From: an uncultured Acidobacteriota bacterium
GTDB lineage: Bacteria; Acidobacteriota; Thermoanaerobaculia; Multivoradales; DATKCC01
DNA: 64,000 bases
NCBI GenBank assembly: GCA_963739795.1
Contig: CAVUBL010000010.1
Span: 410,798 to 474,797, forward strand
Direction of reading: 5' to 3'
Below the pieces are notes generated by a model that had not been told where the DNA came from, made no database searches, and worked only from the letters and a program-made list of their open reading frames with translations. The translations under genes and the position numbers were made by a program. Below, piece by piece: positions 49,560 through 58,101 of this stretch; within the stretch, counting starts at the first letter, position 1, and the number at the start of each line of letters is the position of its first letter.

Positions 49560-50069
49560 TCACGGGTTCGGCACGAAGCGATGCTGGAATCCTGCGTCCT
49601 CAAGCGGCGCCGCAGATCCCGAGCTCCTGGATGGTCGGAAACGCGAAGAGAAAGGGCGCATGCGAGACGTAGTAGAAGGCTGGGAAACGCTCTGGTGCAA
49701 GGCCCGCAGCTTGGCTCCTCTCTGGTCAGCGAGGTCGAGCTCATGGCTGCGGTAATGGCTCTGGTCAAAAGTGATGATGCAGCGAGGCTCTCGTCGCAGC
49801 TGATCCACTATCGAAGCGACGCGATGTGCGTGCGCCTTCGGATTGATTAGCCTCGCCTGGCAAACGGATTCCGGTATCTGGGTGTTCAGGAGCGAATAGA
49901 TGGACGGTCGGTTGTGCGGCAAGATGGCAATTCCGGTGAGGCGGGTGAACTCCCCTGAAGATCCTCGGGCGGGAACCGGGGCTCTGCGTAGATGGGTGCC
50001 AGTCCGCGAGGAGCTGCTGCCAGAGCCCCTTGACCACATCGTAGGAGTGGCCAGGTAGTCGCGTTTCAC
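49560..50069 (-). CDS. Hypothetical protein, frameshifted, lower GC
   Basis: Coherent segments MKRDYL.HSYDVVK, CIITFDQSHYR and FYYVSHAPFLF across frames. Confidence 0.4.
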   Translation of the reverse strand: MKRDYLATPTMWSRGSGSSSSRTGTHLRRAPVPARGSSGEFTRLTGIAILPHNRPSIYSLLNTQIPESVCQARLINPKAHAHRVASIVDQLRREPRCIITFDQSHYRSHELDLADQRGAKLRALHQSVSQPSTTSRMRPFSSRFRPSRSSGSAAPLEDAGFQHRFVPNP

Positions 50070-50255
50070 TGTCGAAGCGTCTCTGAGGCCAACGGCCTAT
50101 CGTTAGCGGCGGCGCCACTTGCCACTGCCCCTGCCATCGCGCTCCCTGCGCCCCACGACGAGGTGTACACTGACTCGGGAACCTTTCGCGAGGACGACAG
50201 GTGCAAGTTGGGTGGCGACCACTGAGGAGATGCATTGAGGCCGTCTCCAGAGGCC

Positions 50256-51210
50256 TTAGTGGAACTGCCTCAGAATCTTCCTGACTGTTCGGTCCAGGTC
50301 TTGATCTGTCTGTCGTAGCTGCTCAATCTTGTCCACAGCGTACATCACCGTAGAATGGTGTTTGTTGCCGAATGCTTTCCGATTTCTGGGTATGAGAGGT
50401 TTGTCAACTTCTTGCAGCAATACATCGCTACCTGGCGAGGAAATGCGACCTGTTGGGAATTTGTCCGGCTCAGAACCTCGTCGACTTTGAGGCAGTAGAG
50501 ACGTGCTACATGCCTGATGACCGCGCGCGCGTCGACGCGGCGTTTACGCGATCGTCTGACGGATGCCGCTCGGTTCTCCGCCAGCTTCGCCAGGTAGGGA
50601 ACGGTGTAGATGCTCTCCAAGAGGGCACGACAGAGGTCCGAGAGGAGGTCCGCCTCGCCCGCCGAAAGCTCGCCAGGTCCGCGTGAGCCCCAATGTTCCG
50701 CATTCTTCTAAACTGGGAGGCAACGCGGACGAGCTTTGGCGGGATCTCCCCTTTTTCCTCGAGGTTCTTAAGTTTCTCAAACAGGTTGTCGCCCCGAGCG
50801 TCGCGATCCGCACAAACTCTCTCGATCACCCTCCCAAGCAGAACAGCGTAGCCGTTGAAGTCGATGGGCTTCACGCGCTCCGCGGCTTCCAATGCGGAGG
50901 CTACCTCCTCTGGCAAGCCTTTCGGGTGGAGTTCTCCAGGTGGGTAAACGGTGTCCGTCAGAATTAGTTCAGGGCTCCCGCCCTCCTCAAGAATGCCCTG
51001 CACTTCATGTTCCGTTCCCTGAGAGAAGAGAAGGCTAATACCTCCGTACGGTGGGCAACGGACCAGCTCCCAGGTCCTCCATGCTGTGTCGCCTCCGGAG
51101 GCATCTTCTTCCTCGCTGTACTCCCGAAGTACGTAGAGAAGTCCGGAATTCCCGCAATGTCGGCAGAGATGGGGGGCTGCAGTCAGCCGTCCGTCGGGGT
51201 CTCCTGGCAT
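50256..51210 (-). CDS. DUF4145 (HEPN-like) domain fused to DnaA domain IV (two single-base indels)
   Basis: CRHC; LGRVIERVC..LFEKL..L..RNIGAH; then FPRQVAMYCCKKLTNLSYPEIGK(A)FGNKHHSTVMYAVDKI. Confidence 0.75.
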
Positions 51211-51385
51211 CAACCACCCTCCCGCGGGCCACCTATCGCTTCCAGGCGAATGTTCGGCATCGAAGCATGTCTTAGACCAAGCGACGAGCCGGCCTCACCT
51301 TCAGTTGCGCGGCCGCGGTCGCGCCTCGGCGGCTCTCCACGCCGGACGGGACGAAGGCCCGAAGGCAACCCTGATCATCCACTCC

Positions 51386-51586
51386 TTATTCGTCCAGATG
51401 AAGATGAGCCCGAAGCGCCTCCCTCATGATCTCCGAGGCAGGTCTGTCTTCCTCAAAGGCGGCTCTCCGCAACGCCTCTCGCTCATCGGGATGCAGGTAG
51501 ACCACACTCCGTATCAGTCCGGCCTTCGTAACGGTCGTTTTGCCTCCGCGCGGCCCCTCTGTCGGGGGTTTGGATTTCTTCGCCAT
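51386..51586 (-). CDS. Ribbon-helix-helix (CopG-like) regulator
   Basis: RSVVYLHPDEREALRRAA..SEIMREAL; SD GGAGG upstream. Confidence 0.7.
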   Translation of the reverse strand: MAKKSKPPTEGPRGGKTTVTKAGLIRSVVYLHPDEREALRRAAFEEDRPASEIMREALRAHLHLDE

Positions 51587-51629
51587 GCACTCCTCCCAGC
51601 GAGAGTATACATGATGGGATTTAGGGCTC

Positions 51630-51658
51630 TTGACATTAGGACCCAAAGGCCCTAGCCT
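51630..51658 (+). promoter_or_regulatory. sigma70 promoter, back-to-back with the RHH gene promoter
   Basis: TTGACA-17-TAGCCT; flanking TAGGGC/GCCCTA inverted repeat; TATACT on the minus strand at 51604-51609. Confidence 0.55.
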
Positions 51659-51791
51659 AGGTGACGGCGACTTCGAAGATGCTGGAGCGCCGCAAACACG
51701 GGGCGGGCTGCCGCCGCCCACAAACAGAAACGGCCCCGGCAGGTGCGGACACACCCACCGGAGCCTGACCACTCAAGGAGGTACAAGCTCC

Positions 51792-52136
51792 ATGAGCAGC
51801 TTGACGGATCGTATCTCGCCCGCCGACCCGACGAACGAGCAGCTTCGGGTCTCCCTTCTGATCGGCCTCGGCCTGCTGCACATCGGGGCCGAGATCCTTT
51901 CCCGGGCCCCGGACGTCGAGACGGCGCTCGAGGCCGGGGACCGGGAGCGGTTTCGGCTCCTCTTCGCGGCAGAGGCGGCCCACTGCTGGGTCGTCGGCCA
52001 CGGCGCCTCCGACTCGGCCGACTTCCCCGGCCAGGACAGCGCCTTCGCGGCGGCGCTTCGCGCCCTCGACTGGACGCCCGAGGAGCTGGAGCGGCACTTC
52101 TCCGCCGCGCTCGCCGACCTCCGCGAGGAGGGCTGA
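51792..52136 (+). CDS. Hypothetical protein
   Basis: SD AGGAGG, ATG 51792, TGATG-coupled to radC. Confidence 0.55.
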   Translation: MSSLTDRISPADPTNEQLRVSLLIGLGLLHIGAEILSRAPDVETALEAGDRERFRLLFAAEAAHCWVVGHGASDSADFPGQDSAFAAALRALDWTPEELERHFSAALADLREEG

Positions 52137-52864
52137 TGGGCGGCCCGAGCGGGAAGAGTCGCCCCAAGCCGTTCTCTCCTCCAGCGCCGAGCCTGATCCG
52201 GGAGATGCCTCCCGATGAGCGGCCCCGGCAGCGGCTCCTCCGGAGCGGCGGCGCGGTCCTCTCCGACCCGGAGGTGCTGGCTTTGGTGCTCGGCAACGGG
52301 TGCCGGGCAGTGTGCAGCCTGGAGCTGGCGCGGGGCATCTTGCAGGAGACGTCCGGGATCGGCGGCCTCGTGGGCATTCGGGCCAGCGCGCTTCGGCGTC
52401 GGGGGGTGGGCGAGGCCAAGGCCGCCGCGGTGCTGGCGGCGCTGGAGCTCGCCCGGCGACTGGTGCAGGCCGAGGTTCCCGAGCGCATCCCCATGGACCG
52501 GCCCCGGGCCGTGGCGAGCTATCTGGTGCTGCGCTACGCCCTCCGGGACCAGGAGGTGATGGGTGCGCTCTACCTCGACGTCCGGCGGCGGCTACTCGGA
52601 GAGGGGGAGGTGTTCCGGGGAGCCATCGGCCGGACCTGCGTCGAGCCCCGGCAGATCCTCTGCCGGGCTCTGCTCCACGGGGCAGCAGGTGTGGTGCTCT
52701 TCCATTCGCACCCGAGCACCGATCCTTCGCCGAGCCCGGAGGACGTCCGCTTCACCCGGAGGATGGACGCCGCGTGCGAGGTGGTCGGCGTGCAGCTCCT
52801 CGACCACCTGATCCTCGGGAACGCGCAGAGGTGGGTGTCGCTTCGGGACCGGGTGCGCTGGTGA
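52136..52864 (+). CDS. radC: RadC/JAB-domain protein
   Basis: ERPRQRLL..G...LSD.E.LA.VL; HSHPS.DP.PSPED..FT; LLDHLILG. Confidence 0.9.
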   Translation: MGGPSGKSRPKPFSPPAPSLIREMPPDERPRQRLLRSGGAVLSDPEVLALVLGNGCRAVCSLELARGILQETSGIGGLVGIRASALRRRGVGEAKAAAVLAALELARRLVQAEVPERIPMDRPRAVASYLVLRYALRDQEVMGALYLDVRRRLLGEGEVFRGAIGRTCVEPRQILCRALLHGAAGVVLFHSHPSTDPSPSPEDVRFTRRMDAACEVVGVQLLDHLILGNAQRWVSLRDRVRW

Positions 52865-53245
52865 TGCGAGGGGAGGAGTACCTGCTGTTCGTGCCCCCCG
52901 GGCCACAGGCTTCGCCCGTGGCCCCTCCCCCACCCGCAGGGACTTGCAGCTTGGCTCCCGGGCGCCAGGCGCCCGGTCTCCAAACTGCCTGGGGCTGTCA
53001 GTCGCCGGAGTGGCTGGGCGGCCTGTGCCGGAGGGCCGCGCACCTGGCGTGTCCCCTTCGAGGTGAACGGCGTTCACCTGAACGAAGGCGTCGCGAGAGG
53101 GTGCAGATCTCTACACTGAGCGCATGGAACACGCGCCTTCGCTCAGCCAGTGCCGGCGACGCCGGGCGTGTCTCAGGGACTCCTCCCTGCGCATTTCCCG
53201 GATCGGAACCGGCCTTCCCCAAACCTCACTTCTAAAGGAGCCGAC

Positions 53246-53473
53246 ATGACCCCATCTACCGAAGCCGAATCCCCCGTCACCCTCGTCAACCAGGTCAAGG
53301 CCGCAGAGATCCTCACTGTCGATCCTCGAACCTTGGCGGGCTGGCGCTACCGCGGAGGTGGGCCGCCGTTCGTCCGCATCGGCAACCGGGTGCGCTACAA
53401 GGTCCGCGATCTCTATGCGTGGATCGAGGAGCGGACGTTCCAGTCCACCGCCGAGGCCGATGAGCTGGCGTAG
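53246..53473 (+). CDS. HTH_17/AlpA-like excisionase-type DNA-binding protein
   Basis: KAAEILTVDPRTLAGWRYRGGGPPFVRIGNRVRY. Confidence 0.8.
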   Translation: MTPSTEAESPVTLVNQVKAAEILTVDPRTLAGWRYRGGGPPFVRIGNRVRYKVRDLYAWIEERTFQSTAEADELA

Positions 53474-53491
53474 CTGCACCCCCTGGAGTCC

Positions 53492-53510
53492 GCTTCCTAT
53501 GTGCTTCCTA
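53492..53510. repeat. GCTTCCTA direct repeat (11 bp period) next to the tRNA-Cys 3' end
   Basis: Copies at 53492-53499 and 53503-53510; candidate integrase arm sites. Confidence 0.4.
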
Positions 53511-53577
53511 CGGCCAGATGGCTCCGGCCGGGACACGGACCTCGAATGAACAACTCCTTTGTCTAGAGAGGCTTAAA

Positions 53578-53652
53578 TGGAGGCGACGGGCGGATTCGAA
53601 CCGCCGAATGAGGGTTTTGCAGACCCTTGCCTTACCACTTGGCTACGTCGCC
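53578..53652 (-). tRNA. tRNA-Cys(GCA), encoded CCA
   Basis: GGCGACG..AGGGT-CTGCAAA-ACCCT..GGTTCGAATCC..CGTCGCCTCCA. Confidence 0.96.
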
Positions 53653-53697
53653 TTGGGCGGGGTCGGAGCGCGCCCTTGGCGGCCCGACTGCGCGGCG

Positions 53698-53783
53698 AGT
53701 TTAGCATCCACTCGACGAGCCTTCAACAGGCCCGGAATCGAGCCTCGGCGGCGCTTGACAGTGCCCGCCGGCCCGTCTATCCT
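53698..53783. promoter_or_regulatory. Divergent sigma70 promoters for tRNA-Cys and tRNA-Gly
   Basis: Minus strand TTGAAG-17-TAAACT (53698-53726); plus strand TTGACA-17-TATCCT (53755-53783). Confidence 0.65.
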
Positions 53784-53795
53784 TGGCCTCCCCGG

Positions 53796-53870
53796 GCGGG
53801 AATAGCTCAGTGGTAGAGCACAACCTTGCCAAGGTTGGGGTCGCGGGTTCGAATCCCGTTTCCCGCTCCA
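53796..53870 (+). tRNA. tRNA-Gly(GCC), encoded CCA
   Basis: GCGGGAA..CAACC-TTGCCAA-GGTTG..GGTTCGAATCCC..TTCCCGCTCCA. Confidence 0.97.
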
Positions 53871-53956
53871 TTCCTCTGAAAGTCCGACGCAGGATTCCGT
53901 CGATCCGCCCGGCGCCTCGCGCGCCGGGCGTTCGTGTCTTCGGGGGCTCCCCTTTC

Positions 53957-54343
53957 CTACTCCTCGACCTGGAACGCGTCCCTGAGCAGGGTGTACTCCA
54001 CCCGGCCCTCGATCTGGTCGAGCCCTAAGACGTCGAAGCGCACGGGGCCGTCCCACGGGCGTTCGGCCAGGTAGGCGCTCGCCGCCTGGGCGAGCTTGCG
54101 CCGCTTGGCGGCGTCCACGGCGAGAATCGCGGGGCCGAAGCGATCGCTTGCCCGGGCCTTGACCTCCACGAAGCAGAGGGTGTCGCCCTCGCGGGCCACC
54201 AGGTCCAGCTCGCCGCCGGCGTTGCGCACGTTCCGGGCGATCACCCGAAAGCCCCGGCGGCGGAGCCAGGCGGCGGCCCGATCCTCGGCGCCGGCGCCCT
54301 TGGCACGGTTGTGGGGTCCGGTGAGGAAGCGCCGAAAGCTCAC
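53957..54343 (-). CDS. yraN: YraN/UPF0102 endonuclease-fold protein
   Basis: GAGAEDRAA.WL..GF..RN..GELDLVA..FVEVKAR..RFDV. Confidence 0.88.
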   Translation of the reverse strand: MSFRRFLTGPHNRAKGAGAEDRAAAWLRRRGFRVIARNVRNAGGELDLVAREGDTLCFVEVKARASDRFGPAILAVDAAKRRKLAQAASAYLAERPWDGPVRFDVLGLDQIEGRVEYTLLRDAFQVEE

Positions 54344-55752
54344 CGGCGCTTCCAGCGGGTGCCGCTGGGCGTGTCCTCCAGAACTACGCCTCGGGCGGCC
54401 AGCTCGTCGCGCAGGCGGTCGGCTTCGGCCCAGTCCCTGGCCGCCCGGGCCTCCTCCCGGCGGCGGACCAGATCCTCGATCTCCGCGTCGTCGCCGGCCC
54501 CGGCCGGGGCCTCTTCCCACGCCGCCGGATCGAGGACTCCGAACACCCGGTCGGCGTCGGCCAGGGCCGCGACGACCCGCTCCCGGTCCCCCTCGACCAG
54601 CCCCTCCTCCACCGCCACGTTGATCTCCTTGACGAAGCCGAAGAGGGCGGCCAGGGCTTTGGAGACGTTGAGGTCCTCGGCCAGGGCGGCGGCCAGATCC
54701 CGGGCGAGGCGGGCGGCGGGCTCGCGCACCTTGGAGACGCCGTCCTCCGCCTCGGGCGCGTGCTCGACTCGGAAGCGCATCTCGTCGATCCGCGCCAGGG
54801 CCTTGGCCGAAGCCTCCACCGATTCGAAGGTGAAGTTCAGCTTCTGGCGGTAGTGGACGGAGAGGAAAAGGTAGCGCAGGGCCCGCGAGGAGACGCCGCG
54901 CTCGAGGAGCTGCGTGAGGGTGAACTGGTTGCCCAGGCTCTTGGCCATCTTCTCGCCGTCGACCACCAGGTGCTCGGCGTGGAGCCAGAGGTGCACGAAG
55001 GGCTCGCCGGTGGCGGACTCGCTCTGGGCGATCTCGTTCTCGTGGTGGGGGAAGATGTTGTCGACGCCGCCCGTGTGGATGTCGAACGTGTCCCCCAGGT
55101 ACTTCATGCTCATGGCCGAGCACTCCACGTGCCAGCCGGGGCGTCCGGGCCCCCACGGGCTGTCCCACGAGGGCTCGCCCGGCTTGGCGGCCTTCCAGAG
55201 CACGAAGTCGCGGACGTTCTCCTTCTCGTACTCGTCGCTCGCCACCCGCTCGCCGCGGCGCACCTGGGAGGGGTCGATCCGCGACAGGCGCCCGTAGTCG
55301 GGATCGCTCTCGATGCGGAAGAAGACCGAGCCGTCACTCTCGTAGGCGTAGCCGCGCTCGAAGAGGCGCTCGACCAGGGCGATCATCTCCGCCACGTGCT
55401 CGGTGGCCCGTGGGTACTTCTCGGCCCGTTCCACGTGGAGCGCGTCGAGGTCGGCGAAGAAGGCGTCGATGAACGGCGCGGTGTACTCGTCGATCCCCAC
55501 CCCGGCCTCGCGGGCGGCGGCGATGATCTTGTCGTCCACGTCGGTCAGGTTCATCACCTGGGTCACGTCGTAGCCCAGGTAGCGAAGTGTCCGGCGCAGG
55601 ACGTCCTCGAACAGGAAGGTCCGCAGGTTCCCGATGTGGACGTAGTTGTAGACCGTCGGCCCGCAAGTGTAGACGCGCGCCTCGCCTTCGCGGATCGGTC
55701 GGAGGGGCACCTGGCGGCGCTCCAGGGTGTCGTAGAAGTGGGGATGTGCCAT
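54340..55752 (-). CDS. cysS: Cysteine-tRNA ligase
   Basis: CGPTVY..HIGN, PGWHVECSAM, HHENE and KMAKS motifs. Confidence 0.97.
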   Translation of the reverse strand: MAHPHFYDTLERRQVPLRPIREGEARVYTCGPTVYNYVHIGNLRTFLFEDVLRRTLRYLGYDVTQVMNLTDVDDKIIAAAREAGVGIDEYTAPFIDAFFADLDALHVERAEKYPRATEHVAEMIALVERLFERGYAYESDGSVFFRIESDPDYGRLSRIDPSQVRRGERVASDEYEKENVRDFVLWKAAKPGEPSWDSPWGPGRPGWHVECSAMSMKYLGDTFDIHTGGVDNIFPHHENEIAQSESATGEPFVHLWLHAEHLVVDGEKMAKSLGNQFTLTQLLERGVSSRALRYLFLSVHYRQKLNFTFESVEASAKALARIDEMRFRVEHAPEAEDGVSKVREPAARLARDLAAALAEDLNVSKALAALFGFVKEINVAVEEGLVEGDRERVVAALADADRVFGVLDPAAWEEAPAGAGDDAEIEDLVRRREEARAARDWAEADRLRDELAARGVVLEDTPSGTRWKRR

Positions 55753-55760
55753 GGGAGCTG

Positions 55761-56348
55761 TCAGGGGGTGACCTGGACGGTGCCGCCGAGCCAGGAGGGC
55801 CCGCGGATCTCGTCGCCGGAGGCGTCGAACACCTTGGTGGCGGAGAACGACAGGGTCCCGGAGCCGGCGCCGATGCCGGTGAAGCGCAGGGTCATGAGCT
55901 GGCCCGAGCCGCCGGTCGCGCCCACGTCGCCCAGGCGCGAGGCGCCCACCACGAGCTGGCCCGGGGCCGCCTCGGCGACCTGGAGGGTGGTGGTGGCGCC
56001 GCCGGCGCTCAGGAAGGTGCCCTCGGTCGAGCCGTCGTAGCGCAGCACGCCCGACGGAAAGGACAGGTCGAAGGCGAGGCCGTAGACGCCGCTGAGCTGA
56101 TCGGCCTGGACCTGGACGACGAGGGTGGTGCCCGAGGTTCCGGCGGCGGTGAGAAGTCGAACCGCCGGTGCCGAGCCGCCCTCGGCGGTGAAGGTGAGGC
56201 CGGCCTGGGGCGCCGTCGGCCCACCCCCTCCCCCACCCCCTCCGCCTCCGCCGCAGGAGGTGAGGGCCAGGGTCAGCGTCAGGATCAGGACCTGGGCGAG
56301 GGCTCCCGCAAGCCCCAGCCCCGCCGGTCGCTGTGGGGCAGACCTCAC
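55761..56348 (-). CDS. Cohesin-like domain lipoprotein
   Basis: Lipobox LTSC, poly-Gly linker, GLAFDLSFP..LRY..EGTFL beta-sandwich pattern. Confidence 0.65.
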   Translation of the reverse strand: MRSAPQRPAGLGLAGALAQVLILTLTLALTSCGGGGGGGGGGGPTAPQAGLTFTAEGGSAPAVRLLTAAGTSGTTLVVQVQADQLSGVYGLAFDLSFPSGVLRYDGSTEGTFLSAGGATTTLQVAEAAPGQLVVGASRLGDVGATGGSGQLMTLRFTGIGAGSGTLSFSATKVFDASGDEIRGPSWLGGTVQVTP

Positions 56349-56866
56349 GCGGGGACTCCCTCGCGGGACTCCGCCAGGCGCCGGAGCTGGCGTTTCACCC
56401 GCTCCCGGCGCAGGCCCCGGAGGTGGTCGACGAAAAGTACCCCGTCCAGATGGTCGATCTCGTGGAGGATCGCCCGCGCGAGCCAGTCCTCGGCCTCGAT
56501 CTCGAAGCTCTCCCCCGCCAGGTCCTGCGCCCTCAGCCGGATCCACTTCGCCCGCTCCACCTTGTCGTTGATCTCGGGGATCGAGAGGCAACCCTCCACG
56601 TCCGTCACCCGCCCTTCTTCCTCGAGGACCTCGGGGTTGACCAAGATCACGAGCTGCTCCGGGTCCTTGCCGACCGAAAGGTCGACCACCGCGAGGCGGG
56701 TCTCGACCCCCACCTGGGAGGCGGCCAGGCCCACGCCCGGCGCCGCGTGCATGGTCTCCACCATGTCGGCCGCGAGCCCGCGGAGCTCGTCGTCGAAGCG
56801 CTCGACGTCCGGGCACTTCACGCGCAGCACGGGGTCGGGATAGATGCGGATGGGAAGCAAGGCCAT
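56345..56866 (-). CDS. def: Peptide deformylase
   Basis: GVGLAASQVG, EGCLSIP and HEIDH motifs. Confidence 0.97.
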   Translation of the reverse strand: MALLPIRIYPDPVLRVKCPDVERFDDELRGLAADMVETMHAAPGVGLAASQVGVETRLAVVDLSVGKDPEQLVILVNPEVLEEEGRVTDVEGCLSIPEINDKVERAKWIRLRAQDLAGESFEIEAEDWLARAILHEIDHLDGVLFVDHLRGLRRERVKRQLRRLAESREGVPA

Positions 56867-56881
56867 CAGGATTCCTCGAAA

Positions 56882-57748
56882 CTAGGCGTTGAGGCGGCGG
56901 AGGTTGTTCAGAACCTCCTGGTCGTTGTGCTGCATGCGCAAGGCGTTGAGCAGGCCGCGGGGATCGGGGTTGCCCACCAGCGCCTTCTCCAGGCCCTCGC
57001 GGTTCAGGACGAGCGCTCTGACGGCCTCGGTCACCCGGTAGTCGGCGGGCCAGCTCCCGTGCTCCAGGAGCACGCTCTCGCCGATCACGTCGCCGGGGCC
57101 GAAGTCGCGCAGGCCGGTGTCCCGGCCGTGCACGCGGGCGTGTGCCGACACCACTCCCATGAGGAGGAAGTAGAGAGGACCCTCCGTCGAGCCGGACTCG
57201 GCCAGGGCCTCGCCGACCTTGAAGGAGAGCAGCTCCATGGCCGAGAAGAGCTGCTTGAGCTGCTCCGGGGTCAGGTTGCGCGCCAGGGTGGAGGGCGCCA
57301 CGTGATGCCACAGGCGCTGGACCTGGAGGGCGGCGGTGGCGCCGCTCGGGCGGCCTTCGCGCAGGCCCTCGAGCGCCAGGGACCGGCTGCGCTCGGAGTC
57401 CTTGGCCAGGCGGAGCTGCTCGATGCGGTCGTCGAGGCCGGCATCGAGGGGCAGGTAGCGCTTCGCCTTCAGGAGCAAGGCCATCCCCCGGTCGTAGAAG
57501 CCGTCCTGTGCGAATTCCTCGGCCACGAACACGAACTCGTCGGCCGCCTTGTCGAACTCCTCGAGGCCGGCGTAGGCCTCGGCGAGCCGGAGGTGGCCGT
57601 GGAGATCCTCGATGTTTCCACGCAACCGGTGCTTGAGGCGCTCGACCGCCTCCTCGTACCGCTCGAGCACGATCAAGTCCTCGATCGTGCTGATTTCGTC
57701 AGGGGCGGGGGCGCGGTCACCGCCGCCGAACAGCTTCTTGAAGACCAA
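56882..57748 (-). CDS. TPR + cyclic-nucleotide-binding domain protein
   Basis: TPR-like helices, then LFSAM..GE.L..G..YFLLMGVV..FGPGDVIGE. Confidence 0.7.
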   Translation of the reverse strand: MVFKKLFGGGDRAPAPDEISTIEDLIVLERYEEAVERLKHRLRGNIEDLHGHLRLAEAYAGLEEFDKAADEFVFVAEEFAQDGFYDRGMALLLKAKRYLPLDAGLDDRIEQLRLAKDSERSRSLALEGLREGRPSGATAALQVQRLWHHVAPSTLARNLTPEQLKQLFSAMELLSFKVGEALAESGSTEGPLYFLLMGVVSAHARVHGRDTGLRDFGPGDVIGESVLLEHGSWPADYRVTEAVRALVLNREGLEKALVGNPDPRGLLNALRMQHNDQEVLNNLRRLNA

Positions 57749-58101
57749 CGGCTTGCGTCCTCTGGGATCTTCCCGCCTCGCCGTCAGGGTGGGCGGGCTC
57801 TCCCCCGTCTCTCCTGCCGGGGGAAGTCGCGACCGGGCAGGGACACCGTCGACCTCCGCGGTGGACGTCGGCGGGCTCCCACAGCCCGTCGCCATTATAG
57901 TCGAGGGGCCCCAGGACCCTGCCCCGGGCCCGTGGGGACGGCACTGATCGGCCCACGCCCCGGGCGAAGCGGGCCCCGGCGCCCCCCTGGCGCGGATCTT
58001 GCCCTCTCTTCCGGTGGCCAGGCGGTGGACCGCCGGGCCGGGAGACATCGATCGTGAACGTAACCAACAAGAACCGACCCAGACTACGGGGGGCCGAGAC
58101 C

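Larger units (their letters stand above)
18349..53577. mobile_element. Composite accessory/defence island ending at the tRNA-Cys 3' end (boundaries approximate)
   Basis: R-M, DGR, many TA modules, RadC, excisionase-like HTH, RepA and IS remnants, lower-GC patches; no integrase or att duplication found. Confidence 0.55.

Noticed and set aside
50087-50213. attC-like elements (ACCCAAC...GTTGGCC on the minus strand) suggesting integron cassettes
   Set aside because: R boxes pair weakly, L-box spacing is asymmetric, and there is no integrase or second convincing site; IntegronFinder would settle it.
50256-50620. Chromosomal dnaA or oriC
   Set aside because: Only domain IV is present, with no AAA+ domain, dnaN or recognisable DnaA-box array; treated as a fusion domain instead.
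17612-53870. Gly(GCC), Cys(GCA) and Leu(TAA) are the same trio as E. coli glyW-cysT-leuZ, as if split by the island
   Set aside because: Orientations (+ Leu, - Cys, + Gly) do not fit a simple interrupted operon.
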